The notes below the pieces were generated by a model that did no database searches, was not told the DNA's origin, and worked only from the letters and a program-made list of their open reading frames with translations. A stretch of 52,579 nucleotides of DNA. Source: a bacterium (lineage in GTDB: Bacteria > Patescibacteriota > Minisyncoccia > Portnoybacterales > JAKAHB01). This document shows, piece by piece, positions 1 through 8,399 of this stretch. The stretch is from the NCBI GenBank assembly GCA_021815315.1, contig JAKAHB010000001.1, positions 1 to 52,579 on the forward strand, in the 5' to 3' direction. Numbering within the stretch: the first letter of the stretch is position 1; each line of letters starts with the position of its first letter. The position numbers and the translations under genes are program-made.

Positions 1-2
1 AC

Positions 3-674
3 GCGCAATTTTTAGACGGTTGGCAACTATCAGACAGCGGCACCAAAAGCAAACCTTTTGTTTTTCCTAAAAAAACTTTAATCGCTCCTAAAAGCTACCT
101 AGTCGTTTCGCGCTCCGTCACCAACATCGCGCTGAATAACAACGGCGACACGCTCAAATTGCTTTTTCCCAATGGCTCCTTGGTACAAGAAATAAAATAC
201 GCCAAGGCCAAAAAGGGTTTCTCAGCCGCGATGGATGAAGATAATAATTTTTTCTGGACTGCTTTAAAAACGCCGGGTGGCCCTAATTTTTCTCAAGTTC
301 CGGCTGAAGATACCGCCAATCAGAAACCGGTTTCTTTGCTAACTCCACGGAAATTAGCCTTGGAAGTTTTTGTGAAAAAGCAAGCTTTTTCAAACTTAAT
401 CCCTCCGGTCCAAGCCGCCCAGGTGCAAGAGCAAAAAACGGACGAAGCTTCTCTCCTCCAAGCAGAAGAGCCGACAAAGGGTAGTTTTTTAAATGATAAA
501 AAGGCAGGCGACAATCAAACTGGCAGCGTCGCGCCAACAACACAAAAGAACGGGGTCTTGAAAACCCCGCCCGAAAAAAATAATTTGCCGCTGATAATTT
601 TATTTGTTTCTCTTGTTTCCAGTCTGACAATTTTTGGCGTCTGGCTGGGAAAAATCACGAAAAATAAAATCTAA
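3..674 (+). CDS. Lamin-tail domain (LTD) protein with C-terminal membrane anchor, 5'-partial
   Basis: Frame is open from position 3: AQFLDGWQLSDSGTKSKPFVFPKKTLIAPKSYLVVSRSVTNIALNNNGDTLKLLFPNG fits the LTD pattern (L.GW.L.D...F.FP..T.I.P..YLV...LNN.GD.L.L). A low-complexity linker and a hydrophobic C-terminal helix (LPLIILFVSLVSSLTIFGVWL) follow. The ORF-track start at 159 is internal. Confidence 0.75.
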   Translation, partial: AQFLDGWQLSDSGTKSKPFVFPKKTLIAPKSYLVVSRSVTNIALNNNGDTLKLLFPNGSLVQEIKYAKAKKGFSAAMDEDNNFFWTALKTPGGPNFSQVPAEDTANQKPVSLLTPRKLALEVFVKKQAFSNLIPPVQAAQVQEQKTDEASLLQAEEPTKGSFLNDKKAGDNQTGSVAPTTQKNGVLKTPPEKNNLPLIILFVSLVSSLTIFGVWLGKITKNKI

Positions 675-712
675 AAAGTCGGGTTTTAACGAGTGGCCAA
701 GGCCCGGTTTTT
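674..712 (+). terminator. Possible intrinsic terminator hairpin between convergent genes
   Basis: aaaagtcgggtttt ... aaggcccggttttt can pair using several G-U pairs and ends in a T run. Confidence 0.35.
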
Positions 713-739
713 GCTTCGCAAACGATTACAATTTTTTTC

Positions 740-1522
740 CTATTTTTTCAACCAACCGAAGAGCCAGCCGAAAATTCCTTTGATAGCGGCTTCTTTATCC
801 GCTTTTGCCTGTAAACGATCTTGTTCCTGTTGCAAAGTTTGAATTTGTTGCTGGAGCATCTGCTTGACATCATCTTTCAATTGCGTTTGCTGGCCCAGCT
901 TCAACAACTGCTGGATTCTTTCTTTGTTTTGTTCCGTTTCCTGCTTTAGCGCTTTTGCTGCTTCACTGTCGCCGCCAAAAAAGAGGCGCTTCAGAAACCC
1001 CCTGGCTTCTATTTTGTTTTCATTCTCTACCGTTTTTTGCACCGAATTATCAACTTCCCGAGCAATAGCAGAAACTTGTTTCCCGATACCGCCGGTTAGG
1101 TTTTCCATAGCCAACAAATTGTGGACCGCCAAGCGGACCTCGTTTTGATTTTCTAAAACCTTCTGCTCTTTTTTGTCTCCCAACTGCTCCGCTTCTTGCT
1201 GCACTTCCTGGGTCCGCTCTCGCGCCTTTTCCTTCAGTTCCTGTACCGATTTAACTACTTGCTGAATTTCATTTTTGATTTTTAGTTGCTTCTGCTCTCC
1301 TTTGTCTTTGGTTTGCTCCTGGTTTTTGTCTTCTTGCTCTTGGCTGGCCGTGCTTTCGTCTTGGTCTTGGGGGTCGCTTTTTTTATCCCCAGAATCGCTA
1401 CCTTTAGTATTGCTTTGAACCACGGCGTTTTGGTTTCCCGAGGTTTGCGTTTCCTTGGCCCAGATTAAAGAAACGGGTATTAGGGTTGAAAAAATCGTTA
1501 AGATAAAGATTATTTTTTTCAT
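740..1522 (-). CDS. Secreted coiled-coil hypothetical protein
   Basis: Signal peptide MKKIIFILTIFSTLIPVSLIWA; Q/E/K-rich coiled coil; aromatic amphipathic C-terminus GIFGWLFGWLKK. Confidence 0.8.
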   Translation of the reverse strand: MKKIIFILTIFSTLIPVSLIWAKETQTSGNQNAVVQSNTKGSDSGDKKSDPQDQDESTASQEQEDKNQEQTKDKGEQKQLKIKNEIQQVVKSVQELKEKARERTQEVQQEAEQLGDKKEQKVLENQNEVRLAVHNLLAMENLTGGIGKQVSAIAREVDNSVQKTVENENKIEARGFLKRLFFGGDSEAAKALKQETEQNKERIQQLLKLGQQTQLKDDVKQMLQQQIQTLQQEQDRLQAKADKEAAIKGIFGWLFGWLKK

Positions 1523-1552
1523 GTTTTTTAATTATTGCTTCTATCTTTTTCT

Positions 1553-1561
1553 AGTATAGCA
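1553..1561 (-). promoter_or_regulatory. Extended -10 element (TGcTATACT) for the 740..1522 gene
   Basis: + strand agtatagca = TGCTATACT on the minus strand, ~30 nt upstream of the ATG. Confidence 0.5.
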
Positions 1562-1598
1562 TCTTTTAGCAAATTCTGGAAATTCCACCAAATTTTAA

Positions 1599-1627
1599 TT
1601 GACGGCTGTGCCCTTAAATGCTAATCT
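1599..1627 (+). promoter_or_regulatory. Sigma70-type promoter of the yebC-ruvC-ATP-grasp operon
   Basis: TTGACG (1599-1604), 17 nt spacer containing the extended TG, TAATCT (1622-1627). Confidence 0.55.
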
Positions 1628-1677
1628 TTCACTAGTTAATCTGCCTTATTTTGTGTTTTTAATGATCGCTTACCACT

Positions 1678-2409
1678 ATGTCTGGGCATAATAAATGGAG
1701 TCAAATAAAACATAAAAAAGCCGCTTCTGATGCCAAAAAAGCCCAGAGCTTTTCCAAGTTGGCCAAACAAATTTCTTTGGCAGCCAAAGAAGGCGGCGGG
1801 GATCCTTCGGCCAACGTGGCCTTGCGCATGTGGATGGAAAAAGCCAAGACCGTTAATATGCCTATCGCCAACATCGATAAGGCTGTCAAGCGCGGCACCG
1901 GCGAGCTGGCTGGAGCAGAGATCAAACCTTTTCTATACGAAGCCTATGGTCCCGGAGGCGTGGCTCTGTTGATTGAAGGCGCCACCGACAATACCAACCG
2001 CACCAATTCGGAAGTTAAACACCTGCTAAATAAACTGGGGGCCAAGTGGGCCGAGTCCGGGAGCGTGAGTTACCTTTTTGAAAGAAAAGGTCTTATTTTT
2101 GTTGATAAAACTAAAACTAAAAAATCGGCTGACGATTTGGAAATGGCTGTTATTGAAGCCGGTGCCAGCGATACTCAATGGGTGGAAGAAAACGTCTTGC
2201 AGGCAATCACCGAGCCGGACATGCTAGACCTAGTTCAGGACGGCCTGAAAGAGGCCAAGCTAACAATTGAAGACTCTTTGCTAGGCTATCTGGCCAAAAT
2301 GGAAATCGAGGTTGACGACGAAAAAACGCGGCAACAGCTGGCCAACATCTTTGAAGCATTGGAAGAACACGAGGATGTTAACAGTGTTTATTCAAACGCG
2401 AAGTTTTAG
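1678..2409 (+). CDS. yebC: YebC/PmpR family protein
   Basis: MSGHNKWSQIKHKK N-terminus, YEAYGPGG and TDNTNRT motifs; usual position next to ruvC. Confidence 0.97.
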   Translation: MSGHNKWSQIKHKKAASDAKKAQSFSKLAKQISLAAKEGGGDPSANVALRMWMEKAKTVNMPIANIDKAVKRGTGELAGAEIKPFLYEAYGPGGVALLIEGATDNTNRTNSEVKHLLNKLGAKWAESGSVSYLFERKGLIFVDKTKTKKSADDLEMAVIEAGASDTQWVEENVLQAITEPDMLDLVQDGLKEAKLTIEDSLLGYLAKMEIEVDDEKTRQQLANIFEALEEHEDVNSVYSNAKF

Positions 2410-2427
2410 ACTTAAAAATTGCCGCCT

Positions 2428-2898
2428 ATGCTCATTCTCGGTTTTGACCCCGGCACGACTCTAATCGGTTTTGGACTAATAGTTAAAGACTGCCAGCAGT
2501 TAAGCGCTGTTGATTACGGTTGCATCAACACCACTGCTTGCGCGCCGCAAGACAGGTTGCGCCAGCTGGAAAAACAAGTTTCTGATTTAATTGCCAAGCA
2601 CCAACCGGATTTTATTTCTATCGAAAAGCTGTTTTTTTCAAAAAACGTCAAAACCGCCATGTCCGTCAGCGAGGCCCGCGGAGTTATTGCTCTGTGCGCC
2701 CAAAAAAGTCAGAGCTCAATTTTTGAATACACTCCGCCGCAGATCAAACAAGCCGTCGTTGGTTACGGCCAAGCTACTAAAAAACAAGTGCAACAAATGG
2801 TAAAAGCTATCTTAAAATTAAACGAGGTCCCCACGCCCGATGACACAGCCGATGCTCTAGCCGCGGCCATCTGTTGCGCCCATTCGGAAAGGTTTTAA
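2428..2898 (+). CDS. ruvC: Holliday junction resolvase RuvC
   Basis: ILGFDPG (D7), SIEKLFF (E66), PDDTADALA acidic residues; ATG at 2428 preferred. Confidence 0.96.
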   Translation: MLILGFDPGTTLIGFGLIVKDCQQLSAVDYGCINTTACAPQDRLRQLEKQVSDLIAKHQPDFISIEKLFFSKNVKTAMSVSEARGVIALCAQKSQSSIFEYTPPQIKQAVVGYGQATKKQVQQMVKAILKLNEVPTPDDTADALAAAICCAHSERF

Positions 2899-2903
2899 TC
2901 TTT

Positions 2904-3548
2904 ATGCACGAATTTACCCAGGCAATTCTCGCCGTTGGTGTTCCTAGGGACACCATCGTCTATTTAATCGGCTTGCCGGTGCTGGCAACCCTGATCGCTT
3001 TCGCCCGTCAGATTGTCGGCATTAAAGGTTTTGGTATTTATACTTCTTTGTTGCTGGCGCTTTCGCTGGTGGCTTTGGGGGCTAAATATGGATTGGCCAC
3101 CTTTGTGACCATCTTAGTGGTGGGCACTTTTACTCGTTTTTTAATTAAAAAATTACGCCTGACTTACCTGCCCCGCATGGCGCTGTTGATAACCGTCGTG
3201 TCACTGGCTTTGCTGGTTATGTTTTACGCCGCCGGATATTTTGCCCGAGCCGGTATCTTCGCCACTTCGATTTTAGCTGTTTTGATTATGCTGTCGTTGA
3301 TAGAAAAATTCATTTCCGCTCAAATTGAAAAGGGCGGCAAGGCGGCCATTCTTTTAATCTTAGAAACTCTAGCTCTGGCCTTGACTTCTTATTATCTGAT
3401 TACCTGGAAATCTTTTCAAAAAATAATTTTGGAGTTTCCCGTATTAATTATTACCGGATCTATTGTCTTTAATATTTTGTTAGGCAAGTGGACCGGCTTG
3501 CGTCTGTTTGAGCGTTGGCGCTTTCGCGAAATTTTGAAGAAAATCTAA
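2904..3548 (+). CDS. 7TM membrane protein of the family usually fused to an inactive transglutaminase (7TM_transglut-like), here standalone
   Basis: LPVLATLIAFARQIVGIKGFGIY, LTYLPRMALL and LGKWTGLRLFERWRFR signatures; about 7 hydrophobic helices; sits directly before an alpha-L-glutamate ligase-like gene. Confidence 0.85.
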   Translation: MHEFTQAILAVGVPRDTIVYLIGLPVLATLIAFARQIVGIKGFGIYTSLLLALSLVALGAKYGLATFVTILVVGTFTRFLIKKLRLTYLPRMALLITVVSLALLVMFYAAGYFARAGIFATSILAVLIMLSLIEKFISAQIEKGGKAAILLILETLALALTSYYLITWKSFQKIILEFPVLIITGSIVFNILLGKWTGLRLFERWRFREILKKI

Positions 3549-3549
3549 T

Positions 3550-4875
3550 ATGATCTGGCAAGCTTTTATTCGCAACCGCAAAAAAGTGCTGGGCATAAAC
3601 GCTCGCTCTCTTCTCTACACTCGACCCTCTAATAAAAAGAGGGCAATTGAAATTGCCGATAACAAATTACTAGCCAAAAAAATCCTTAAGAAAGCCGGAC
3701 TCCCGGTTTTGGAAACCTATCAAATTCTCAAAAGCAACCGGGAGGTTAAAAGCTTTGGCTTTTCTATTTTGCCAAAAAGTTTTGTTTTAAAACCAAACGC
3801 CGGTTTTGGCGGAGATGGTATTCTGGTTGTTTACGGGAAAAAGAAAAACAAGGACGATGTTTGGGTTAAGGCCGATCGCGACTTGGTGAAGGTTGCCGAT
3901 TTAAAAAGTCACTGCTTCAGTATTGTAGATGGAGATTTTTCTCGCCTGGGATTGCCGGATGTCGCCTTTTTTGAAGAAAGATCGAAAATTTCCAAATTGC
4001 TGAAGCCTTATTGCTTTCGCGGCGTCCCTGACATTAGGATAATTGTCTATAATTTGGTGCCAGTAATGGCCATGCTTAAATTGCCCACCAGGGAATCTGC
4101 CGGCCGCGCCAATATGCATCGCGGCGGTATTGCCATTGGCATTGATCTGGGCACCGGCGTGACCACTACCGCCACTTACAGGGGCCTTCCGGTTGAAAAG
4201 CTTCCCGGTACCCGCTTGCTGCTTTCCGGCCTTAAAATCCCTTTTTGGAAAGACTTTTTGATCATCGCTGGCCGCGCTCAAGAAGTTACCGGCATTGGCT
4301 ATTTGGGAATTGACTTGGCGTTGGATCGGGACAAAGGCCCGGTAATTCTGGAACTTAACGCCCGACCGGGGCTGGGCATCCAGCTGGCCAACCAAACAGG
4401 GCTAGCCGAACGACTTAACCGCGTCAAAGGACTTAAAATCAATTCTGTCAAGAAGGGTGTACGCGTTGGCCAAGATCTTTTTGGTGGAGAAATTGAGGAA
4501 GAGCTGGAAGAAATTTCCGGCCGCAAGGTTATCGGCATTAACGAGCCGATAAAAATTTTCCCCCCCGAAGGCTTACCCCTGGAAACCGTCGCTAAGATTG
4601 ACACCGGGGCGTATCGCTCCACCATTTGCACTAGTATCGCTGAAAAGCTGGGGCTAAACAAGATTGTTAACTACAAGAAAGTAAAAAGCGCCCTGGGAGA
4701 AGCCGAGCGTCCGCTGGTGGAAGCCTCTTTTTCTCTGGATAAAAGAACTGTCAGCACCGAGGTCTTCCTAGCCGATCGATCGGAGATGAAATATGACGTT
4801 ATTGTTGGCCGCAAGGACTTAAAAAGGTTTCTGGTTGATCCGGCAAAAAATGTGTTTATGGGAAAGAGAAAGTAA
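3550..4875 (+). CDS. Alpha-L-glutamate ligase-like ATP-grasp (RimK-related) fused to a C-terminal RimK-associated aspartic-type protease domain
   Basis: LGINARS, ADNKL, FVLKPNAGFGGDGILV, GVPDIRII, ANMHRGG, LELNARPGLGIQLAN; C-terminal domain with AKIDTGAYRSTI and LADRSEMKYDVIVGR. Confidence 0.88.
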   Translation: MIWQAFIRNRKKVLGINARSLLYTRPSNKKRAIEIADNKLLAKKILKKAGLPVLETYQILKSNREVKSFGFSILPKSFVLKPNAGFGGDGILVVYGKKKNKDDVWVKADRDLVKVADLKSHCFSIVDGDFSRLGLPDVAFFEERSKISKLLKPYCFRGVPDIRIIVYNLVPVMAMLKLPTRESAGRANMHRGGIAIGIDLGTGVTTTATYRGLPVEKLPGTRLLLSGLKIPFWKDFLIIAGRAQEVTGIGYLGIDLALDRDKGPVILELNARPGLGIQLANQTGLAERLNRVKGLKINSVKKGVRVGQDLFGGEIEEELEEISGRKVIGINEPIKIFPPEGLPLETVAKIDTGAYRSTICTSIAEKLGLNKIVNYKKVKSALGEAERPLVEASFSLDKRTVSTEVFLADRSEMKYDVIVGRKDLKRFLVDPAKNVFMGKRK

Positions 4876-4901
4876 TTAAATTATGATTTTTAGTTTAGCC
4901 T

Positions 4902-6407
4902 GTGTTAATCAAAGACCTTAAGACAACCAAAGAGTTTTTTGCCAAACAGGTTAGCCAGCCGATTTTTGGCGTGGGAGTTTGGGCTTTTAACCGCTTGGGG
5001 TTGGAGGAGGTTTTTGACGACTATCGCCTTCTTTGTCTACGTCACAGCCCCGACACCGAGCTGATGGAAAAAGATTTAAAAGTCTTGTCTCTGGAAAAAG
5101 GGCTCGGGAACAAGCACCTGGATGTTCCCCGAAATTCAACTAGTATTTTACGGCACGAAAGAACCATCGCTCTTTTAAAGTCTTTTAAGAATCCCTTAAT
5201 CATCCCCTATAAGTCATCGAGCGGCATAGAATCGGTTTGCCAAGAATATAACTGGCGACTGGGCATCGCGCCGGTCAAGTTTGGCAAAAAAATGTTTGAA
5301 AACAAAGTTTTTTTTCGCCGAGTTTTGGACGGCCTGGGCATTGCCGTCCCTTCCGGCCTGATTATTCCTTTCTCTCAATTGAGCTTTAAGCTGGGTAAAG
5401 AAAAATTGGGGTTGCCTTTTGTTATCCAACATCCGACTCGGGGCGGAGGCAAGGGCACTTTTTTCATCCACACCCAAGAAGATTTTGCTTTAGCTTTTTT
5501 GAAGCTAATCAAGCCGCCCCAAATTGAAGAGGGCGAAGAGGCAAAAGCAGACGATGTCCCGAAAGAAATTGTTATCGCCAAGTTTATTAAGGGACCATCT
5601 CCTAGTATTACCGCTTGTGTAACTCGCCAGGGAATTTTGAGCACCAATCTCCAACAACAAGTTTTAGACATTCCGGAACTTTTCAGTCCCAAAAAAGGTT
5701 CTGGTCTTTTCTGCGGGCACGATTGGACCACGTCCGACTCCTTGAGCCACAGCTTAAACCAGCAAGCCAATCAAATCGCCCAAAGGGTCGGCTATTATTT
5801 TCAAAAACAAGGCTATCAAGGAATATTCGGCCTGGATTTTATCGCGGACGAAAGAGCGGAAAAACTGTATTTAGTGGAATGCAATCCGCGCATGACCGGG
5901 GTTTTTCCCACGCTGGAGATGGCTTTGACGGAATCGGGCGCGCCTCCGCTGCTGGCTTTTCACGCTCTTGAATATTTAAACGCCGATTACGAGCTGGATG
6001 TCGTAGCCATAAACAAGCTGCTGCAACAACCCAAAAAAGGCGCGCATCTCTTTCTGCATAATTTAACCGAACGCTGGGCTTATAATTTTGGAGTTCTAAA
6101 GCCCGGCGTCTATACATTGGTTAAAAATCGCCCGCAATTTCAGCGCTCTGGTTACAAATTGCGAGACATTCAAGCGTCCGGAGAGTTTTTAATAACTGAA
6201 GGTGTCCCGACTTACAAAAATTATTTCAGTCCTAACCGTCGACTCTGCCGCATCCTTACCAAAGACGCAGTCTTAGAAAAACCAGGGAGCCTTAATGCTT
6301 GGGCACGTCAGGTTGCCGGGGCAGTTTATAAAGAGTTTAAAATAAGACCTATTCACTTCGCCAAAATAAAAAAATTATTCAATAAAAATTTTCTTATAAA
6401 AGGATGA
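4902..6407 (+). CDS. ATP-grasp domain protein (uncharacterised family, often loosely labelled biotin carboxylase-like)
   Basis: FENKVFFR, PFVIQHPTRGGGKGTFFI, FCGHDW, GYQGIFGLDFI, LVECNPRMTG ATP-grasp motifs; GTG start. Confidence 0.8.
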   Translation: MLIKDLKTTKEFFAKQVSQPIFGVGVWAFNRLGLEEVFDDYRLLCLRHSPDTELMEKDLKVLSLEKGLGNKHLDVPRNSTSILRHERTIALLKSFKNPLIIPYKSSSGIESVCQEYNWRLGIAPVKFGKKMFENKVFFRRVLDGLGIAVPSGLIIPFSQLSFKLGKEKLGLPFVIQHPTRGGGKGTFFIHTQEDFALAFLKLIKPPQIEEGEEAKADDVPKEIVIAKFIKGPSPSITACVTRQGILSTNLQQQVLDIPELFSPKKGSGLFCGHDWTTSDSLSHSLNQQANQIAQRVGYYFQKQGYQGIFGLDFIADERAEKLYLVECNPRMTGVFPTLEMALTESGAPPLLAFHALEYLNADYELDVVAINKLLQQPKKGAHLFLHNLTERWAYNFGVLKPGVYTLVKNRPQFQRSGYKLRDIQASGEFLITEGVPTYKNYFSPNRRLCRILTKDAVLEKPGSLNAWARQVAGAVYKEFKIRPIHFAKIKKLFNKNFLIKG

Positions 6408-7114
6408 AAATATCCGTTCTTGTCGTCGCCCACAACGAAGAAGAATATATCGCCAAGTGCATTGACTCGTTGTTGGTCCAAACTTTAGTTCCGGACGAAA
6501 TTATTATTGTCTGCCACAATTGCTCCGACTCAACTCCGGAAATCGTCAGGAGCTATGGCGCCAAAGTTAAACTCGTAGAATACGCGGGTCCGGAAGGAAT
6601 TATCCCTGCTCGCATCCGAGCTTTTGCAGAAGCGCGAAACGAAATGATCGCTTGCCTTGACGGCGACTCAAGCGCTTGCAAAAATTGGCTTAAACGGTTA
6701 GTCGAACCCCTAAAAAATTCGGCCATCTCAGGCGTTGGCGGGTGTATCCAGCTAACCGGAAACTTGCGCGCCCGCCTGACAAGTATCGGGTTTTTCTTTC
6801 TTGACCGGTTTGTTAACAAGCAATATAAATTTTATTTTTGGGGCGCAAATTTCGCTTGCCGCAAATCAGACTATCTCAAGCTGGGCGGTTTTGAAAAAAT
6901 AGCAAACCTCAAAAAAAGCTTGCAGTTAAATTACACCGCCGAAGATCTTATTTTTTCCTTGTCGCTCGAAAAATTAGGAAAAGTTGTCTTCGCGCCAACG
7001 GCTTTGGTTTGGTCCCCGGCCGCCGAAATTGGCTCTTTTGGTTGGGAGGAAAGAAGAAAAAAGCAAAACGAAGATCGAAAAAAGGTTTTTGAATATTTCG
7101 GCCTTGCAAAATAA
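6404..7114 (+). CDS. Glycosyltransferase family 2 (GT-A fold)
   Basis: ISVLVVAHNEE, CLDGD (DxD), GANFACRK, AEDL; ATGA overlap with the preceding gene. Confidence 0.9.
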   Translation: MKISVLVVAHNEEEYIAKCIDSLLVQTLVPDEIIIVCHNCSDSTPEIVRSYGAKVKLVEYAGPEGIIPARIRAFAEARNEMIACLDGDSSACKNWLKRLVEPLKNSAISGVGGCIQLTGNLRARLTSIGFFFLDRFVNKQYKFYFWGANFACRKSDYLKLGGFEKIANLKKSLQLNYTAEDLIFSLSLEKLGKVVFAPTALVWSPAAEIGSFGWEERRKKQNEDRKKVFEYFGLAK

Positions 7115-7130
7115 TAATTTTTGGACTCAT

Positions 7131-7164
7131 AAAGGCCTGGCCTCGTAAAACGGGCCAGGCCTTT
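7131..7164. terminator. Hairpin/bidirectional terminator between convergent GT2 and tyrS
   Basis: aaaggcctggcc(t)cgt-aaa-acgggccaggccttt inverted repeat. Confidence 0.75.
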
Positions 7165-7182
7165 GTCATCTCTAAAAGAGAG

Positions 7183-8373
7183 TCATTCCACCTCAAAAAA
7201 TTTTCTGGGACCGACTTGAATAACGTCTTTGCTTTTAACCTCTCCCGGTTCTTTCCAGTCGGTTATTTTTTTATCGTTTAATTTTACTCCGCCCTGCTCC
7301 ATTAACCGGCGCGCCTCTCCCTTCGAGCCAGCCGCTCCGATGGCTATCAGAGCATCAAGAGACAGTTCAGCAATCTTTACCTTGGGCATCTCTGTTGGCT
7401 TCTCTCCTTTTTGAAAGACTTTTTTAAATTCTTCTTCTGCTTCCAACGCTGCTTTTTCTCCATGATAAAGTTTGGTCAACTCAAAAGCCAGTTTCATTTT
7501 AGCGTCGCGCGGATTAAGGCTTTCGTTCTTCAACGCCTCTTCAATCTCTTTTATCTCTTCCAGCGACATTTTGGTCGTCAGCCTGAAGTAATCTGTGATA
7601 TATTCGTCCTTCATGGACATTATCTTGCCATACTTTTCTTGCGGCTCATCCAGAATGGTGATGATATTTCCCCAGGAAGTGCTCATTTTGCGACCGTCCA
7701 GACCATAGAGCATTTCGTAGGTCATGATGTCCTGCGGCTCCTGACCGAATCTCTTTTGAATGATTCTTCCGGCTTTCAGGTTAAAAAGCTGGTCCGAACC
7801 CCCTGTTTCCACGTCGGCTTTAATCGCCACCGAATCGTAGCCCTGCATCAGAGGATACATAAACTCGTGTAAACCGATTTCCTCGCTTCGCTCGTCTCTC
7901 TCTTTAAAATTGCGACGATTAAGCATTTGGCGGACGGTAAACAGCGAAGCCAGGCCAATAACACCGCCGAAATTCATTTGTCCCAACCATTCGGAATTGC
8001 GGCGCAACTCCACTTTATCCAGGTCCAAAATCATCGCCAGTTGCCGGTTATATTCTTCGGCGTTGCTTTCCAGCTCCTCTTTGGTTTTCATCGGACGCTG
8101 TGAAGTCTTGTCCGAAGCATCGCCGAGTTGCCCGGTAAAATCACCGATAATCAAAACTACTTGATGTCCTAAGTCTTGAAATTCTCGCAGCTTCCAAAGC
8201 GCGATCGCGCGACCTAGGTGCAGTTTTGGTCCGGTTGGATCAATGCCTAATTTTACCCGCAGCTTTTCTCCGGCCATCAAACGCTTTTTCAGGTGGTCAC
8301 GATCAATAACATCCTCTACGCCGCGGGTTAAAATTTCTTCTATTTTTTTTTCGTCAACGATAATGTTAGACAT
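7183..8373 (-). CDS. tyrS: Tyrosine--tRNA ligase
   Basis: KLGIDPTGPKLHLGR (HIGH variant), YPLMQGYDS, GGSDQLFN, KMSTS (KMSKS variant), C-terminal S4-like domain. Confidence 0.97.
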   Translation of the reverse strand: MSNIIVDEKKIEEILTRGVEDVIDRDHLKKRLMAGEKLRVKLGIDPTGPKLHLGRAIALWKLREFQDLGHQVVLIIGDFTGQLGDASDKTSQRPMKTKEELESNAEEYNRQLAMILDLDKVELRRNSEWLGQMNFGGVIGLASLFTVRQMLNRRNFKERDERSEEIGLHEFMYPLMQGYDSVAIKADVETGGSDQLFNLKAGRIIQKRFGQEPQDIMTYEMLYGLDGRKMSTSWGNIITILDEPQEKYGKIMSMKDEYITDYFRLTTKMSLEEIKEIEEALKNESLNPRDAKMKLAFELTKLYHGEKAALEAEEEFKKVFQKGEKPTEMPKVKIAELSLDALIAIGAAGSKGEARRLMEQGGVKLNDKKITDWKEPGEVKSKDVIQVGPRKFFEVE

Positions 8374-8399
8374 TATGCTAAATTTTTATAAAACTAGAC

